Assembly (NCBI GenBank): GCA_017601145.1
Contig: JAFNIV010000005.1
Span: 3,815 to 67,814, forward strand
Origin: Candidatus Brockarchaeota archaeon
GTDB taxonomy: Archaea > Thermoproteota > EX4484-205 > JAAOZO01
Direction: 5' to 3'
Length of the DNA: 64,000 nucleotides
Positions within the stretch are counted from its first letter, which is position 1. Every line of letters begins with the position of its first letter. The notes under the pieces are model-generated. The model was not told the DNA's origin. It was given only the letters and a program-made list of their open reading frames with translations, and made no database searches. Shown in pieces: positions 39,604 to 49,911 of this stretch. The position numbers and the translations under genes were made by a program.

Positions 39604-41133
39604 TTAAGTAGAAACTTTTGTTGTCATTGCTGTTGCTACTTCAGTAATTTTAGCTTCTCCAACAAAGTTACCAGTTATCTTTCCTTCCTTCAAAACAATT
39701 ATCTTATCACTAAGCTTAATGATTTCCTCTAAATCTTCCGAAATTAATATTATGCCTACATTTTTTTTCTTCATCCTAATTAACCATTCATGCACTAGTG
39801 CAACAGTAGCCACATCTAAGCCGGATGTTGGATTGCTAACTATTATAAGCTTTGGCTCTTTTACTGCACTTCTTGCTATAAGCAACTTTTGAAGGTTTCC
39901 TCCAGAAAGAAATTTTGCGGGAGTTTGAAGATTTGGAGTTACTATGTTGAACTCTTTAATTAAGTTTAAAGCGACATTTCTAAATGAATGATAGTTAACT
40001 GTTAATTTCCTTGAAAACCTAGGATCGTCGTAATTCGTTAAAAGTAAGTTTTCTGTCACACTTAAATTTGGTAAAATCCCAAACCTTATTCTATCTTCTG
40101 GAATGTACGAAACCCCAAGTTTGATGATGTCTCTTGTTTTTTTGTTTGTTGTATTTATTCCAAGAATTTTTATTTTTCCATGACTAACCCTCCGCGCTCC
40201 AATTAATGCTTCTGCAAGCTCTCTTTGCCCATTCCCTGTTATGCCTGCAATACCAAGAATCTCTCCTGGATACAGTACGAAAGAAGCACCATTTACAGCA
40301 ACCAATCCTCTATCGTTAAAAACGACTAGATTTTCAACTTCAACTAATGGTATATTATTTTCGTTGCTCTTATACTTGTCTTTATTTATCATCTCGGCTA
40401 TTTCTCTTCCAACCATCATCTTTACTAAATCTGACTTTGTAACTTCACTTGGCTTAACGACACCTACGACTTTTCCCTTTCTAAGAACTGTTATCCTATC
40501 GCTTATGCTAATTGCTTCATCTAATTTATGAGTTATAAAGATGATTGACTTTCCTTGCTTTCTCATCGCATTTAAAGCTTTAAAAAGTTCTTCAACTTCA
40601 ATCGGGGTTAGCACTGAAGTAGGTTCATCCAAAATTAAGACGTCAACATCGCCACAAAGCGCCTTGATTATTTCAACTTTTTGTTGTTCTCCAACTGAAA
40701 GTTGCCAGATCTTACTCTTTGGATCTACATAAAAGTTATAACGTTCTGAAATTTCTTTAATTTTCTTTTCGATCTCATTATAGTCAATTATAGGTTTCTT
40801 TTCATAACTTAATGCTATATTTTCAAGAACGGTTAAAGAGTCAACAAGCATGAAATGCTGATGTACCATTCCTATCTTATGTTGCATCGCATCTCTAGGA
40901 GACGTTATGTTGACTTTCTTTCCATTGATATATATTGTACCTGAATCTGGTTTAAGCATTCCAAAGAGAATTTTCATCAATGTAGTTTTTCCTGCTCCAT
41001 TTTCTCCAAGTAAGGCATGAATTTCCCCCTTAATCAAACTAAAATCAACATTATCAAGAGCAATAACATTTGGAAATTTCTTTGAAACTTTTTCCATCTT
41101 AATCAAAGGTTTTGTTATCATCAGTATCACCAA
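39604..41133 (-). CDS. ABC transporter ATP-binding protein, duplicated ATPase
   Basis: 509 aa. The first cassette has GENGAGKTT, LSVGEQQKV and LILDEPTSVL. The second cassette is degenerate, with LSGGNLQK. Confidence 0.9.
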   Translation of the reverse strand: MVILMITKPLIKMEKVSKKFPNVIALDNVDFSLIKGEIHALLGENGAGKTTLMKILFGMLKPDSGTIYINGKKVNITSPRDAMQHKIGMVHQHFMLVDSLTVLENIALSYEKKPIIDYNEIEKKIKEISERYNFYVDPKSKIWQLSVGEQQKVEIIKALCGDVDVLILDEPTSVLTPIEVEELFKALNAMRKQGKSIIFITHKLDEAISISDRITVLRKGKVVGVVKPSEVTKSDLVKMMVGREIAEMINKDKYKSNENNIPLVEVENLVVFNDRGLVAVNGASFVLYPGEILGIAGITGNGQRELAEALIGARRVSHGKIKILGINTTNKKTRDIIKLGVSYIPEDRIRFGILPNLSVTENLLLTNYDDPRFSRKLTVNYHSFRNVALNLIKEFNIVTPNLQTPAKFLSGGNLQKLLIARSAVKEPKLIIVSNPTSGLDVATVALVHEWLIRMKKKNVGIILISEDLEEIIKLSDKIIVLKEGKITGNFVGEAKITEVATAMTTKVST

Positions 41134-41166
41134 AAATTAAAGTACAAAAAATAAAAAACAAAAAGA

Positions 41167-42462
41167 TTAACCTGTAGGAGATCCAACAACATTGTCGACG
41201 AACCAGTTTAAGCTCCATAAAGTATCGTGACCTGCTCTTACACCTGTAGGAATCATCACCGTTCCATTCTGAGCTTTTATTGGACCTGTGAACGGATCAA
41301 ACGTAACAGTTTCTTCACTCATTTGATTTAGTCTAACAAAGATTAAGTCATAAATGCTAATATTTCCTAGAGTTGGATCTTGAACAAACTTACCTTTTAA
41401 TGCATTTACAAACTTTGGATTTATAGGCATTCCAAACTTTGCTCCTAACTCGACAGCACCTTCCTTCAGCATCCACCAATAATCAACGTTTTGTAAGTTT
41501 GTGTTGTTATAGACCCCTTCTTTTATTTTCATTAAGATGTCTTCGTAGATTACACCCCAGTTAACTAACTCGCCACTAACTACAACATCTGGGCCATAAT
41601 CGTACATTGGGCTATAGTGACTAAAAACGTAAATCATTTTTCCAGTAGTTTTGTATTGCTCTTCAGCAAACTGAATTATTGCTGGAGAGTCTTCAGTATA
41701 AGCTATAGCATCGACACCTTCGCTAACTAATGCTTGCGCAGCTTGCCTTGCACCATCTGGATTATACCACGCCATAAGCCACCTTACGTAAACTTTAGCA
41801 TTGGGGTTAACTGCTTTCACTCCGAGAGCAAAGGCGTTTATGTGCCTTATTACTTCAGGAGTAGGATAAGCTCCAACGTAACCAATTTTGTTTGTCTTTG
41901 TTAAAGCACCAGCCATAAGCCCATTAAGGTAATATAACTGGTAAAGTTCTGCGAAGTATGTTCCCAAGTTTTTATCTCTCTTGTACCCACTGCAATGGAA
42001 GAATATTACATCTGGATGTTTTTTGGCTTCTTCTACAGTTGCATCCATGAAATCGAAACTCGTTGTAAAAACAACATTTACTTTCTTTTGAGCTATAAGA
42101 CTATCTATAACAGCAGGAGCATCTGCTGCTGAGACACTTTCAACATAAAAAGTTTCTAGCCAAGGAAATAGGTTTTGAACATATCTTCTAGCAACGTCAT
42201 GTGCATTTGTCCATCCGTAATCGCCTACAGGCCCAACATAAATGAACGCGGCTCTAATTTTTTGTGCTTGAACCGAAGCTGTTAAGTTTTGAACTAAAGC
42301 TGTTAAGTTCTGGTATTGCTGCTGTAGACTATAGTAATTGCTTTCTGGTACTTTTCCTAAACTTCCTAGAATGTAACCTGCAATAAGTGCTATTATTACT
42401 CCAGCTGCAAGAGCTACGGTTAATCTGCTGTAACCTTTTTTGCTTTTGATTTTTCCGCTCAT
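41167..42462 (-). CDS. BMP-family (basic membrane protein) ABC substrate-binding protein, N-terminally anchored
   Basis: 431 aa. An N-terminal TM helix is followed by the duplicated stretch QNLTALVQNLTASVQ, and then a BMP-like body (AAFIYVGPVGDYGWTNAH). Confidence 0.85.
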   Translation of the reverse strand: MSGKIKSKKGYSRLTVALAAGVIIALIAGYILGSLGKVPESNYYSLQQQYQNLTALVQNLTASVQAQKIRAAFIYVGPVGDYGWTNAHDVARRYVQNLFPWLETFYVESVSAADAPAVIDSLIAQKKVNVVFTTSFDFMDATVEEAKKHPDVIFFHCSGYKRDKNLGTYFAELYQLYYLNGLMAGALTKTNKIGYVGAYPTPEVIRHINAFALGVKAVNPNAKVYVRWLMAWYNPDGARQAAQALVSEGVDAIAYTEDSPAIIQFAEEQYKTTGKMIYVFSHYSPMYDYGPDVVVSGELVNWGVIYEDILMKIKEGVYNNTNLQNVDYWWMLKEGAVELGAKFGMPINPKFVNALKGKFVQDPTLGNISIYDLIFVRLNQMSEETVTFDPFTGPIKAQNGTVMIPTGVRAGHDTLWSLNWFVDNVVGSPTG

Positions 42463-42514
42463 AGAAAAAGTGATGAGATACCCTATTATAAGTATTTAAC
42501 TCATAAATAGCTCA

Positions 42515-42538
42515 AAATTTACAAGTTCTTGTAAATTT
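42515..42538. promoter_or_regulatory. candidate operator palindrome upstream of the BMP ABC operon
   Basis: AAATTTACAAG-tt-CTTGTAAATTT is a perfect 11-bp inverted repeat with a 2-nt spacer. It lies 53 nt upstream of the ATG at 42462, just distal to a TATA-like CTTATAATAG. Confidence 0.4.
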
Positions 42539-42930
42539 AGCAGTAAACTTATCCCACTAAAACTCAAGTGCCTTCAGGAACACAAAACTGCTGTTAATAA
42601 CTTAAGAGTCAGCATTTTAAAAATATTGCCTAATTATACTAAAAATGAATGCAGAACCTATCCCTCTACTTTTTCTATTGAAGTTTACCTACAGTTCATT
42701 AAGGATTATTGAAAAATTAAAAAAGATTTCTAACTATGCCTTCAGTTATACTTTTGGTAGCGTAGTCTTTGTATTCTTAGTTGCCACTTCTTGTCCTTGT
42801 TAGTATAAAGTTAATTTCTACAAGAACATTGCTAAAGCTTATATTATGAAACTTTCTTATTTTTATATTCTACAAGCTTTCATTATATAAAAAGAAAAGG
42901 CTTATATAGCTTAATAAGATATAAAAAGTT

Positions 42931-44253
42931 ATGTCACAAGTTGTATTTAGGAGATATGCTCCTGGAGATGAAGAAGGAATTGTAAAAGTCATGAACGAAG
43001 CATTTTCAACATTTAAAAACTTTGGACTAACTCCAGAAGTGTGGAAAAGCTATACAGAAGTAGACGAAGGCTTTAAGTTAGAGAATGCTCTTGTAGCAGA
43101 ACTAGAACACCAGATAGTTGGTCATGTTCAGCTTGTTGAAAGAGACCTAAAGATAGGTGAAAAAACTTTTATAAAAAATGGAGGAATTGCTAATGTTTGT
43201 ACTCTTCCAGAAGCAAGAGGAAGAGGAATAAGTACCGGACTTATGAAACTAGCAATAGAAATATCAAAAACAAACGGCTATCCTATGAGTACTTTGTTTA
43301 CTGGATATGGCGGAGTTGCTCATAGAGTTTACAGGAGTGTAGGTTATGCAGATACTTATTTCCCCCCATATTTTGTTGGCTCTGTTGAAGAAATGAAGTC
43401 TGTACAAGAAAGAACAAAAGGAGTTGAAGGAGTTAAAGTAAGAGAATTTAAAGATGGAGACGAAGCAGAACTTTTAGACATCTACGAGCTCAGTTCATCA
43501 TATTACACTGGAATAGTTAGAAGAACTGAAAAATATTGGAGAAAAAAATTAACTGAAAGAAGTTCAACTCACTCTTTCTTCTTTGAGAAGTTTGATCCAT
43601 ACGAAGTTATAGTTGCCGAAGAAGATGGTGAAATAACAGGTTATTCTTATCTAACATTTTGGAAAAGAAAAGAAAAACCTTTCAGATCAGCAGAAAATGG
43701 TTCAATAAGAGAAGTTGTTTTTAAGCCAGGCCACTATAAAACTTTTCTGAAGCTTGTAAATGAAAGTATCAATAGAATGTTACTTGAAGGCGTAAAAACA
43801 TTAGATTTGTCTATCCCATTTGATCAAGACTATTTAACTGTTTTTGATGATCTTAAAGTTTTTGTAACAGAGGGTATATTCATGACAAACATAACAAATA
43901 TGAACTTGTTAATTAATTCTATGATGGAAGAATTTAGTGATAGACTTTCTTCAGATATAGAGGGTGTAGCTTCTAACGTAAGCTTTAAACTAAAAACATT
44001 GTACGGTTCTGTTCCTATGAGAGTGAGAGGAGGAGAAGTTCAAATAAAAGAAGAGAAAAATAATGAGGCTGAAGTCGAGATTAACTACCACAGCTTTACA
44101 AGGATGATATTTGGCATAGAAACCTTTTCAGAAGCTATGGCAAGTGAAAAAGCAAAAATTAAAGGCACAGAAAACATACAACAAATAGTTAACACTTTAG
44201 ATATAATGTTTCCTCAGAGGGTTTGGCACATATGGCCAATAGATCATTGGTAA
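42931..44253 (+). CDS. GNAT acetyltransferase of the Eis-like three-domain type
   Basis: 440 aa. The N-terminal GNAT motif is IVGHVQL...GGIANVCTLPEARGRGI. A second GNAT-like region and a C-terminal SCP2-like tail follow. Confidence 0.65.
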   Translation: MSQVVFRRYAPGDEEGIVKVMNEAFSTFKNFGLTPEVWKSYTEVDEGFKLENALVAELEHQIVGHVQLVERDLKIGEKTFIKNGGIANVCTLPEARGRGISTGLMKLAIEISKTNGYPMSTLFTGYGGVAHRVYRSVGYADTYFPPYFVGSVEEMKSVQERTKGVEGVKVREFKDGDEAELLDIYELSSSYYTGIVRRTEKYWRKKLTERSSTHSFFFEKFDPYEVIVAEEDGEITGYSYLTFWKRKEKPFRSAENGSIREVVFKPGHYKTFLKLVNESINRMLLEGVKTLDLSIPFDQDYLTVFDDLKVFVTEGIFMTNITNMNLLINSMMEEFSDRLSSDIEGVASNVSFKLKTLYGSVPMRVRGGEVQIKEEKNNEAEVEINYHSFTRMIFGIETFSEAMASEKAKIKGTENIQQIVNTLDIMFPQRVWHIWPIDHW

Positions 44254-44290
44254 AATTACAATAGCGAACTTAAAAATCTAAAAAGTTTCA

Positions 44291-45172
44291 CTACAACTTC
44301 TTTATTTCTTGCTCTATAGCGTCTTTAAGAGCGAACATTTTTACTCTTATTTCTTCTGCAGCTTTTTTCTCTCTTTCAATCCTTTCTTCATTTAGCTCTA
44401 AAGTTGCAGTTAGATCTAACCTTATTGGTGTTATTGAGATGGCATTTTCAATCGCTAACGCATAAAGGTCAGTACCAACATAATTTTGGTCTATATTTAT
44501 TTGGTTTCCGCCAATCCAATAGTAAGTAGTCCCCCTTGGATCTACTCTTTCAAGAATGAAGTTTTCAAACTTTGTTCTTCCAAGACTAGTGATTCTAACT
44601 GGGGTTTGAGAGGACAAACTAAATGGAAAATTGATGTTGATCAGGTCTACTCCAGAAGGAAAGCCATTGTTTAGTAAAAAATCAACAATTTTTGTAGATA
44701 TAGCCCCATGAGCTAAAAAATGAGAGAAAAGCTTTGAACGAGACCTAAAATCACTAGGGATTGCGCTACTCATCGATACCGCTTTTATACCTTGAAGCGC
44801 AGACTGTATAGCTGCTGCGACTGTTCCACTTGTAAATATGTTATCTATTGTTATGTTGTCTCCCAAATTTATTCCACTAACTGTAATTAAAGGTTTTTCT
44901 CCAACTATAAACTTTAAAGCTACAACTACAGCATCAGCAGGTGTTCCAGACACTAGATAAGCAGTATAGTACTTCCCTTTCTGAAGCTTACTTACAACTT
45001 TGTTTATTCTAAGAGGTTTATGAAGAGTAATTGACTTACCTGCAGCACTCATTTCATGTTCTGGAACAACAGTAACAATTTCAACATCACTAATTTTAAT
45101 TAAACTACTCCATAAACTTTTTAAGGCGGGGGAGTATATCCCATCGTCATTTGTTAAAAGAATCTTTCTCAT
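44291..45172 (-). CDS. surE: 5'/3'-nucleotidase SurE with charged C-terminal helical extension
   Basis: 293 aa. N-terminal ILLTNDDGIYSPAL and SGINLG. It has about 35 extra charged residues at the C-terminus. Confidence 0.9.
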   Translation of the reverse strand: MRKILLTNDDGIYSPALKSLWSSLIKISDVEIVTVVPEHEMSAAGKSITLHKPLRINKVVSKLQKGKYYTAYLVSGTPADAVVVALKFIVGEKPLITVSGINLGDNITIDNIFTSGTVAAAIQSALQGIKAVSMSSAIPSDFRSRSKLFSHFLAHGAISTKIVDFLLNNGFPSGVDLININFPFSLSSQTPVRITSLGRTKFENFILERVDPRGTTYYWIGGNQINIDQNYVGTDLYALAIENAISITPIRLDLTATLELNEERIEREKKAAEEIRVKMFALKDAIEQEIKKL

Positions 45173-45369
45173 TAAGCTAAGCGTACAGGACTCTAGTTTT
45201 TAAGTTTTTTGAAAACTACTAATATTGTAGACCTCAGGCACCCCAAGGCAAATCATGAATTTCTTTGGTTTAGTACTTCATCATTGGTCTAGCTATAACT
45301 ATATTTTGAAGCTACAATAAAAACTTTTCTATGTAGCTTGCATACACTCATTAAAAGTTCCTCTTCTTT

Positions 45370-45516
45370 TTAGATTAGAAAAACCCCATATCTTTCATTG
45401 TAAATTTCATCTACCTTATCATCCTTTTTCATTACTTCTTTTGCTAGTTCAACACTCCTTGCTTCAAAGGCTTCAATGCTTTTTGAGCCATCCACTGAAC
45501 TATGCTTAGTGCATGC
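45370..45516 (-). pseudogene. PhoU-like gene remnant
   Basis: Own translation: (ACTKHSS)VDGSKSIEAFEARSVELAKEVMKKDDKVDEIYNERYGVFLI*. The core matches the PhoU repeat pattern (compare KRDDEVDRLYFF in 9748..10770 and EIVKRDSELDAKF in 61382..62011). It spans only about 45 codons and has no N-terminus. Confidence 0.4.
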
Positions 45517-45930
45517 CTAAGAACAGAGAGGTGGGAGGAAGCGTTATTCTAATGGTTGTGGATGCAACCTTCACTTCAATAGGCTTGAACTATTTCACAG
45601 CGGTTGTTCCAAAGGTTGAGGAATTCAATAAAAGGTTTGTGGAAAATGGAAGGATAAAAAATCTCAAAGAACTTGCTGAAGCTGATAGGAACGAGTTAAA
45701 GGAAGTGTGGAAAAATAAGAGGTCATGTGTTATCGCTAAAAACATTGCTTCTTATTTGTCAACTATAAGCGACAACGACAAACAGCTATTAGAAATTGGG
45801 TAAGTAACTCTAAGCTTGAGAATTGGAAAGAGATCCGATTGGAAAAATTAAATGTTGAAAGAGAGTGTATGGGCTTGGTCAATATCAATGGATGGAGAAG
45901 GGCTGCAAAAAGACGCGCTGTTTGAATGTT
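45513..45930 (+). pseudogene. frameshifted gene of unknown function
   Basis: ORF 45513..45803 (96 aa) stops, and the sequence continues in another frame (TAIRNWVSNSKLENWKEIRLEKLNVERECMGLVNINGW...). No family recognised. Confidence 0.3.
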
Positions 45931-46234
45931 TATCAAAAGACTTAGACCACTAAGTTTTTTAAATTATTACCACTATAGTAATGTTTATGGCATACATGAA
46001 TTGTGGTACGTGTTGTGGAACTGGGCCACTGCCTAATATGCAAATAACCTTGATAATATCATTCTCAACCACAAAGATGCTTGAAGCAAGCACGCTTTTT
46101 AAAAATCTGAAAGATTGATGGGTGAAGGCTTTTCCGTTCTTATTGCCTCAGCGCGCACTGGATTATTAAACTTCGCACTTCTTCCTTAAATCATCCTTTA
46201 CCCGTTCTATGCTTTCTTTAGCATGTGCCAAGCG

Positions 46235-46585
46235 TCATACTGCAATTCCTTCAAGAATGGCTGAGCGATACACGGGGTTTCCCTTAGCTTCGTTACCAGT
46301 TGCCAAGTGTATTTCAAACGGGTGATAGAGAGGCAGGCCTGCTTCCTCCTCTATTTTCGCCTTCAAGCTTCCTCTACTCCTGAAATCATCAGGCAGTTTC
46401 TCACTAACTATGAGTATGTCGACATCGCTTCCGCCAACAGCCTGTCCTTTTACTACGCTTCCGAAAACATAGACTTCACAGGAACCAAGAAGCCTTCTCG
46501 CAGCCTCGGCTGTTTTCTGCGACCAGAAGCGCCAATCCCGCGCCAGCTCGTTAAGTTTGAGTCTTGCCTGTAAGAGATTTAGCAA
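46235..46585 (-). CDS. minimal nucleotidyltransferase (MNT)
   Basis: 116 aa. Motif VYVFGSVVKGQAVGGSDVDILIV. It overlaps the upstream HEPN gene by 35 nt. Confidence 0.8.
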   Translation of the reverse strand: MLNLLQARLKLNELARDWRFWSQKTAEAARRLLGSCEVYVFGSVVKGQAVGGSDVDILIVSEKLPDDFRSRGSLKAKIEEEAGLPLYHPFEIHLATGNEAKGNPVYRSAILEGIAV

Positions 46586-46955
46586 ACTCTATCACCTCTT
46601 CTGCGAAGCCCACCAGCTCCTCAGCCTCCTCTTTCTCATATTCTCTTGAAATGTATCTGGAGTTTATGTATGCTTCTTCAAGCCTTATTAATAGGCTTCT
46701 GTTTTTACCTACAAACTGATCAATATCATCCGGCTTGTTTAAAATGCTTCTAAGAGCGTTAAACAAGTGTCTGACTACGTGTGTACGAGGCATCTCACCA
46801 GTCAATTCAAGTATAACCGATTTCAGGTAAAGCTGGACAGCCTGATCCGCCATGAAGGCCGCGATATCATAGTCTCCACTGAATAGACTTCTTTTAGCCG
46901 AGTTAAGCATCCTTAACGCTCTTCCCCTGAGAAGGTTAACCTCATGGATGCTCAT
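46551..46955 (-). CDS. HEPN domain protein
   Basis: 134 aa. It has a HEPN helical pattern and ends EAYINSRYISREYEKEEAEELVGFAEEVIEFAK. Relative to the HEPN at 537 it is shorter, and the His after R-Y is missing. Confidence 0.7.
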   Translation of the reverse strand: MSIHEVNLLRGRALRMLNSAKRSLFSGDYDIAAFMADQAVQLYLKSVILELTGEMPRTHVVRHLFNALRSILNKPDDIDQFVGKNRSLLIRLEEAYINSRYISREYEKEEAEELVGFAEEVIEFAKSLTGKTQT

Positions 46956-47107
46956 CGAAGATACACCCGTTTAAACCATTCTGTTGTTCTCACCATTCCC
47001 ACATCAGCCGGTTTGAGAATTACTGTAAAGCCATATATAACCATTTCTAACAGTTAAAGATGGTGAAACTGCTTAAAAACATAGTGCACGCTTAACACTA
47101 TACTTCA

Positions 47108-47338
47108 TCAGCTTTTACCAAACGTTTCCTTCTTCATCATCCCTAGGACCTGCTCAATCCTTAGGGGTTTTGCATTCAGAAGTATAGTGGCTTTGTCCAC
47201 GTTTAACGATGAGTCCCTGGGTCTCTTGGCTTTCCACGGTATTTCGCTCATCTCAGCGGGTTTAACCAGTTTCGCATCAAGGTTGAAGGCTTTGCTGAGG
47301 TTCGTGAAGGAGGTGTTTAAACCAATAATTGACGGAGT
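47108..47338 (-). pseudogene. 3' remnant of an RmlD-like (dTDP-4-dehydrorhamnose reductase / NAD-dependent epimerase) gene
   Basis: Own translation, with no start codon: TPSIIGLNTSFTNLSKAFNLDAKLVKPAEMSEIPWKAKRPRDSSLNVDKATILLNAKPLRIEQVLGMMKKETFGKS*. The (K)RP.(D/N)S.L...K segment is typical of RmlD C-termini. Confidence 0.35.
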
Positions 47339-47392
47339 TTAACCTTTACTTGGAGGAGGGAAGGAGGACGCTGGAGGCCTTAAGCAACCCTG

Positions 47393-47668
47393 TTGAAGTG
47401 GAAGGGAAGTGAAAAACTGGTTTTAAAATTCTGGCCTAACGCTAGGGTTTACATGTTCGGCTCCTCCGTCAGAGGCAGGTTCACCGCCTCAAGCGACATA
47501 GATATTCTGATAGTTGCTGAGAACATAGATTACGAGGAAGCTTCGAAGGTTAAGGCACAGGTTTACATGACGCTGGACTACCCGGTGGAGATCCATGTGG
47601 CTACTCCTAAACAATTCGCCGATTGGTATATGAGGTTTATAGGAGAAGGCGAAATCCTAGAAGTATAG
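47393..47668 (+). CDS. minimal nucleotidyltransferase (MNT), orphan or N-terminally damaged
   Basis: 91 aa from a TTG start. Motif VYMFGSSVRGRFTASSDIDILIV. There is no adjacent HEPN gene. Confidence 0.65.
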   Translation: MKWKGSEKLVLKFWPNARVYMFGSSVRGRFTASSDIDILIVAENIDYEEASKVKAQVYMTLDYPVEIHVATPKQFADWYMRFIGEGEILEV

Positions 47669-48209
47669 GATTTCTTTGGGCGAGCCACGTTTGAATTAAC
47701 GCCTTGTTCAGATAGCGTGCGCTAGTTCACGGGTGTTAAACATGTTGCGCACTAGCTGTTTGAACATGCTTAAAAAATTTGACTGAGCGCTTCATTTTTC
47801 TTAGAGCAATGTTTTAAGCCATATGTTCAGAGGAACCTAGAAGCATGAAGCTCCTTTAAATCCTTCAAAACTTTTCCTCCTTAGCGTTCAGCACAACCAT
47901 CCAAACCACCTCCTTTCTGCTAATTACGTGAGGCGAGTCATCTACTCTTAGCGTAAGCGACCTTGAAAAGGGAAGAAGAGAATGAGCGAGCCGAACAAAC
48001 CTTCTCAAGAAAAAACATTGGTAAAAAGAGAATCTGTGTGAATAGAGGGAAATAATTTTGTCAGTTTTGTAGCTTTTAATACTCGTTCGTCAAAAACACT
48101 CTTGTAAGAGTTTTGATATCTTTATTTTTCGAATCAAGTCTCGAAAATCTGACAGTAATTCTCTTTTGCTTTCGCCATGAAACAGTCTAAAGTTCATCAA
48201 GATATAGCT

Positions 48210-48656
48210 CTATATATCTAGTTCTCGAGACATCTTCTCAATAAATTGTAATAGCTTAGTTAGCTTTTCTTTATCTTCAAGTATGAATTTAAATACTGGC
48301 TTAGAATGTAGAAAATTGAATATTAATGGATGCAAAAAATATATCATATTGTCATTTACTACAAAAATCGGATAAAGTGAAGTTAAAGCAATATCAAATG
48401 TATTTTTAATAACTTCTGAAATAGTTAATGGAAGTCTTATATGCCTGCTTATCTGACTCAACATGTTATCAAAAGCATCTTTAAGTTCAGCTTTGGTTAA
48501 TACACAAGTAATACATTCTTTTGAATGGAAGGTTTTCATTAATATATAAGCTATTATGGTCTGTGCAAGTTCAAAATATGAAGTACTTATGTCAGACACT
48601 ATACGCGGTAGCTCAAACGAACTATTATTATCTTTCACTCTAAAACATTCCTCCAT
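48210..48656 (-). CDS. hypothetical protein (AT-rich insert inside the accessory block)
   Basis: 148 aa from ATG 48656 (the ORF track uses TTG 48662). No motif recognised. Confidence 0.4.
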   Translation of the reverse strand: MEECFRVKDNNSSFELPRIVSDISTSYFELAQTIIAYILMKTFHSKECITCVLTKAELKDAFDNMLSQISRHIRLPLTISEVIKNTFDIALTSLYPIFVVNDNMIYFLHPLIFNFLHSKPVFKFILEDKEKLTKLLQFIEKMSRELDI

Positions 48657-48960
48657 TAACAATGTTCATCTTCTTTTCACCTCTTTTCTTAGCCTTCTAT
48701 TTTCAGTTACCAGAATCTTTACTTTTCATGAGGGTATGCATAGGGCTGAGTTTAATGCTACTCATTTTTATGATCTTTAATAAAAATACTCAAAATGTCC
48801 ATCTCGCGGTAGCGCGCACTCATAATCATTAAACACATGTTATTAATTCGCAAATAGGAGGATCTAGAAAAGCATATCTAAGGGTTACTATACATGGAAG
48901 AATCATACAAAATATTCGTCGTTAACTATTTATACTTCTGCATACTAATGTATACTTGGT

Positions 48961-49101
48961 ATGCAAATGAAGAATGTGACTACAATAAAGATCACGAAGA
49001 GGACCAGGAATGAGCTTGTTAAACTTGGCAGTAAGAATGAGACTTACGAGGACATAATTAGGAAGTTAATCCATCATTACAAGAAAAACAGGAGGAAATG
49101 A
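48961..49101 (+). CDS. small VapB/DUF217-like antitoxin-type protein
   Basis: Own translation, 46 aa: MQMKNVTTIKITKRTRNELVKLGSKNETYEDIIRKLIHHYKKNRRK. It resembles the archaeal TI.I..e.y..L..lk...ESFsDvI..Ll family. A TATA-like TTTATAC lies about 30 nt upstream. It is below the ORF-track length cut-off. Confidence 0.45.
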   Translation: MQMKNVTTIKITKRTRNELVKLGSKNETYEDIIRKLIHHYKKNRRK

Positions 49102-49103
49102 GT

Positions 49104-49911
49104 ATGTCGGGAAGTGAAAAACAATCAGGTAGCGAGCTTCTTAAAGAGCAGACTGTGTTGGAAGGTCCTTTCTGGCCGGAGAGGGTTAAAATAATCTCAG
49201 TAAGGAAGATTGGAACTGGTTTTGAGATACACGCTTCGGTCTAAGCTCAGATCCTCCAAAATATTATTCAAACATACTTCAGGAGAGCGATTTAAAGAAG
49301 GTTAAGAGGATTGAAGCAGCTATTAGGGATTTTGGGGAGATTCGGATTCTTTCTTCCTTTTCATGGAGGGAAAAAGAATTCGTTTTGCCTATCAGTTCGA
49401 TCCTCTCTATGCTGTCAACGTTTCACAAATCGACCCTCTTCCACACCAAATCGATGCTGTGTATCATTACATCCTTAAGCATCCTAGAATAAGGTTTCTC
49501 TTAGCCGATGATCCTGGCTCAGGCAAGACGATTATGGCTGGATTAGTTTTAAAAGAATTGAAGCAAAGAGGGCTTGTTAAGAGGGTGCTTATAGTTGTGC
49601 CTGGGCATCTTAGGGATCAATGGATCAGGGAGTTGAAGGAGAAGTTCAACGAGACTTTCAAGACCATTGACAGAGGGGTCATGAACGCTTCATAGGGAAG
49701 AAATATTTGGCAAGAGGAAGAAGAAGCGATCACCATGGATTTTGCTAAGCAGGAGGATGTGATGCTGAGCTTGGCTGAAGCTCATTGGGATTTTGTAATT
49801 GTGGATGAAGCACATAAGATGGCTGCTTACGAGTATGGTGGACAAAAGAAGAAAACAGAAAGGTATAAGCTTTATAAAGTTGTACTACAAATTGTAATAC
49901 GGCAAACATGA
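49104..49911 (+). pseudogene. SNF2/DEAH superfamily-2 helicase, N-terminal third only, frameshifted and interrupted
   Basis: Three frames are involved: MSGSEKQSG...GPFWPERVKIISVRKIGTGFEIHA (49104-49244), then LSSDPPKYYSNILQESDLKKVKRIEAAIRDFG, then GDSDSFFLFMEGKRIRFAYQFDPL...LADDPGSGKT (motif I). An in-frame TAG sits at 49693-49695 where W is expected (NAS*GRNIW). WDFVIVDEAHKM (motif II) follows. Similarity ends near 49875, where the vapB promoter begins. Confidence 0.7.

Noticed and set aside
49693-49695. In-frame TAG in the helicase gene as a possible pyrrolysine or read-through codon.
   Set aside because: The same gene also has frameshifts and a 3' truncation, so simple decay (TGG to TAG) explains it. 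Nothing in the window suggests Pyl machinery.
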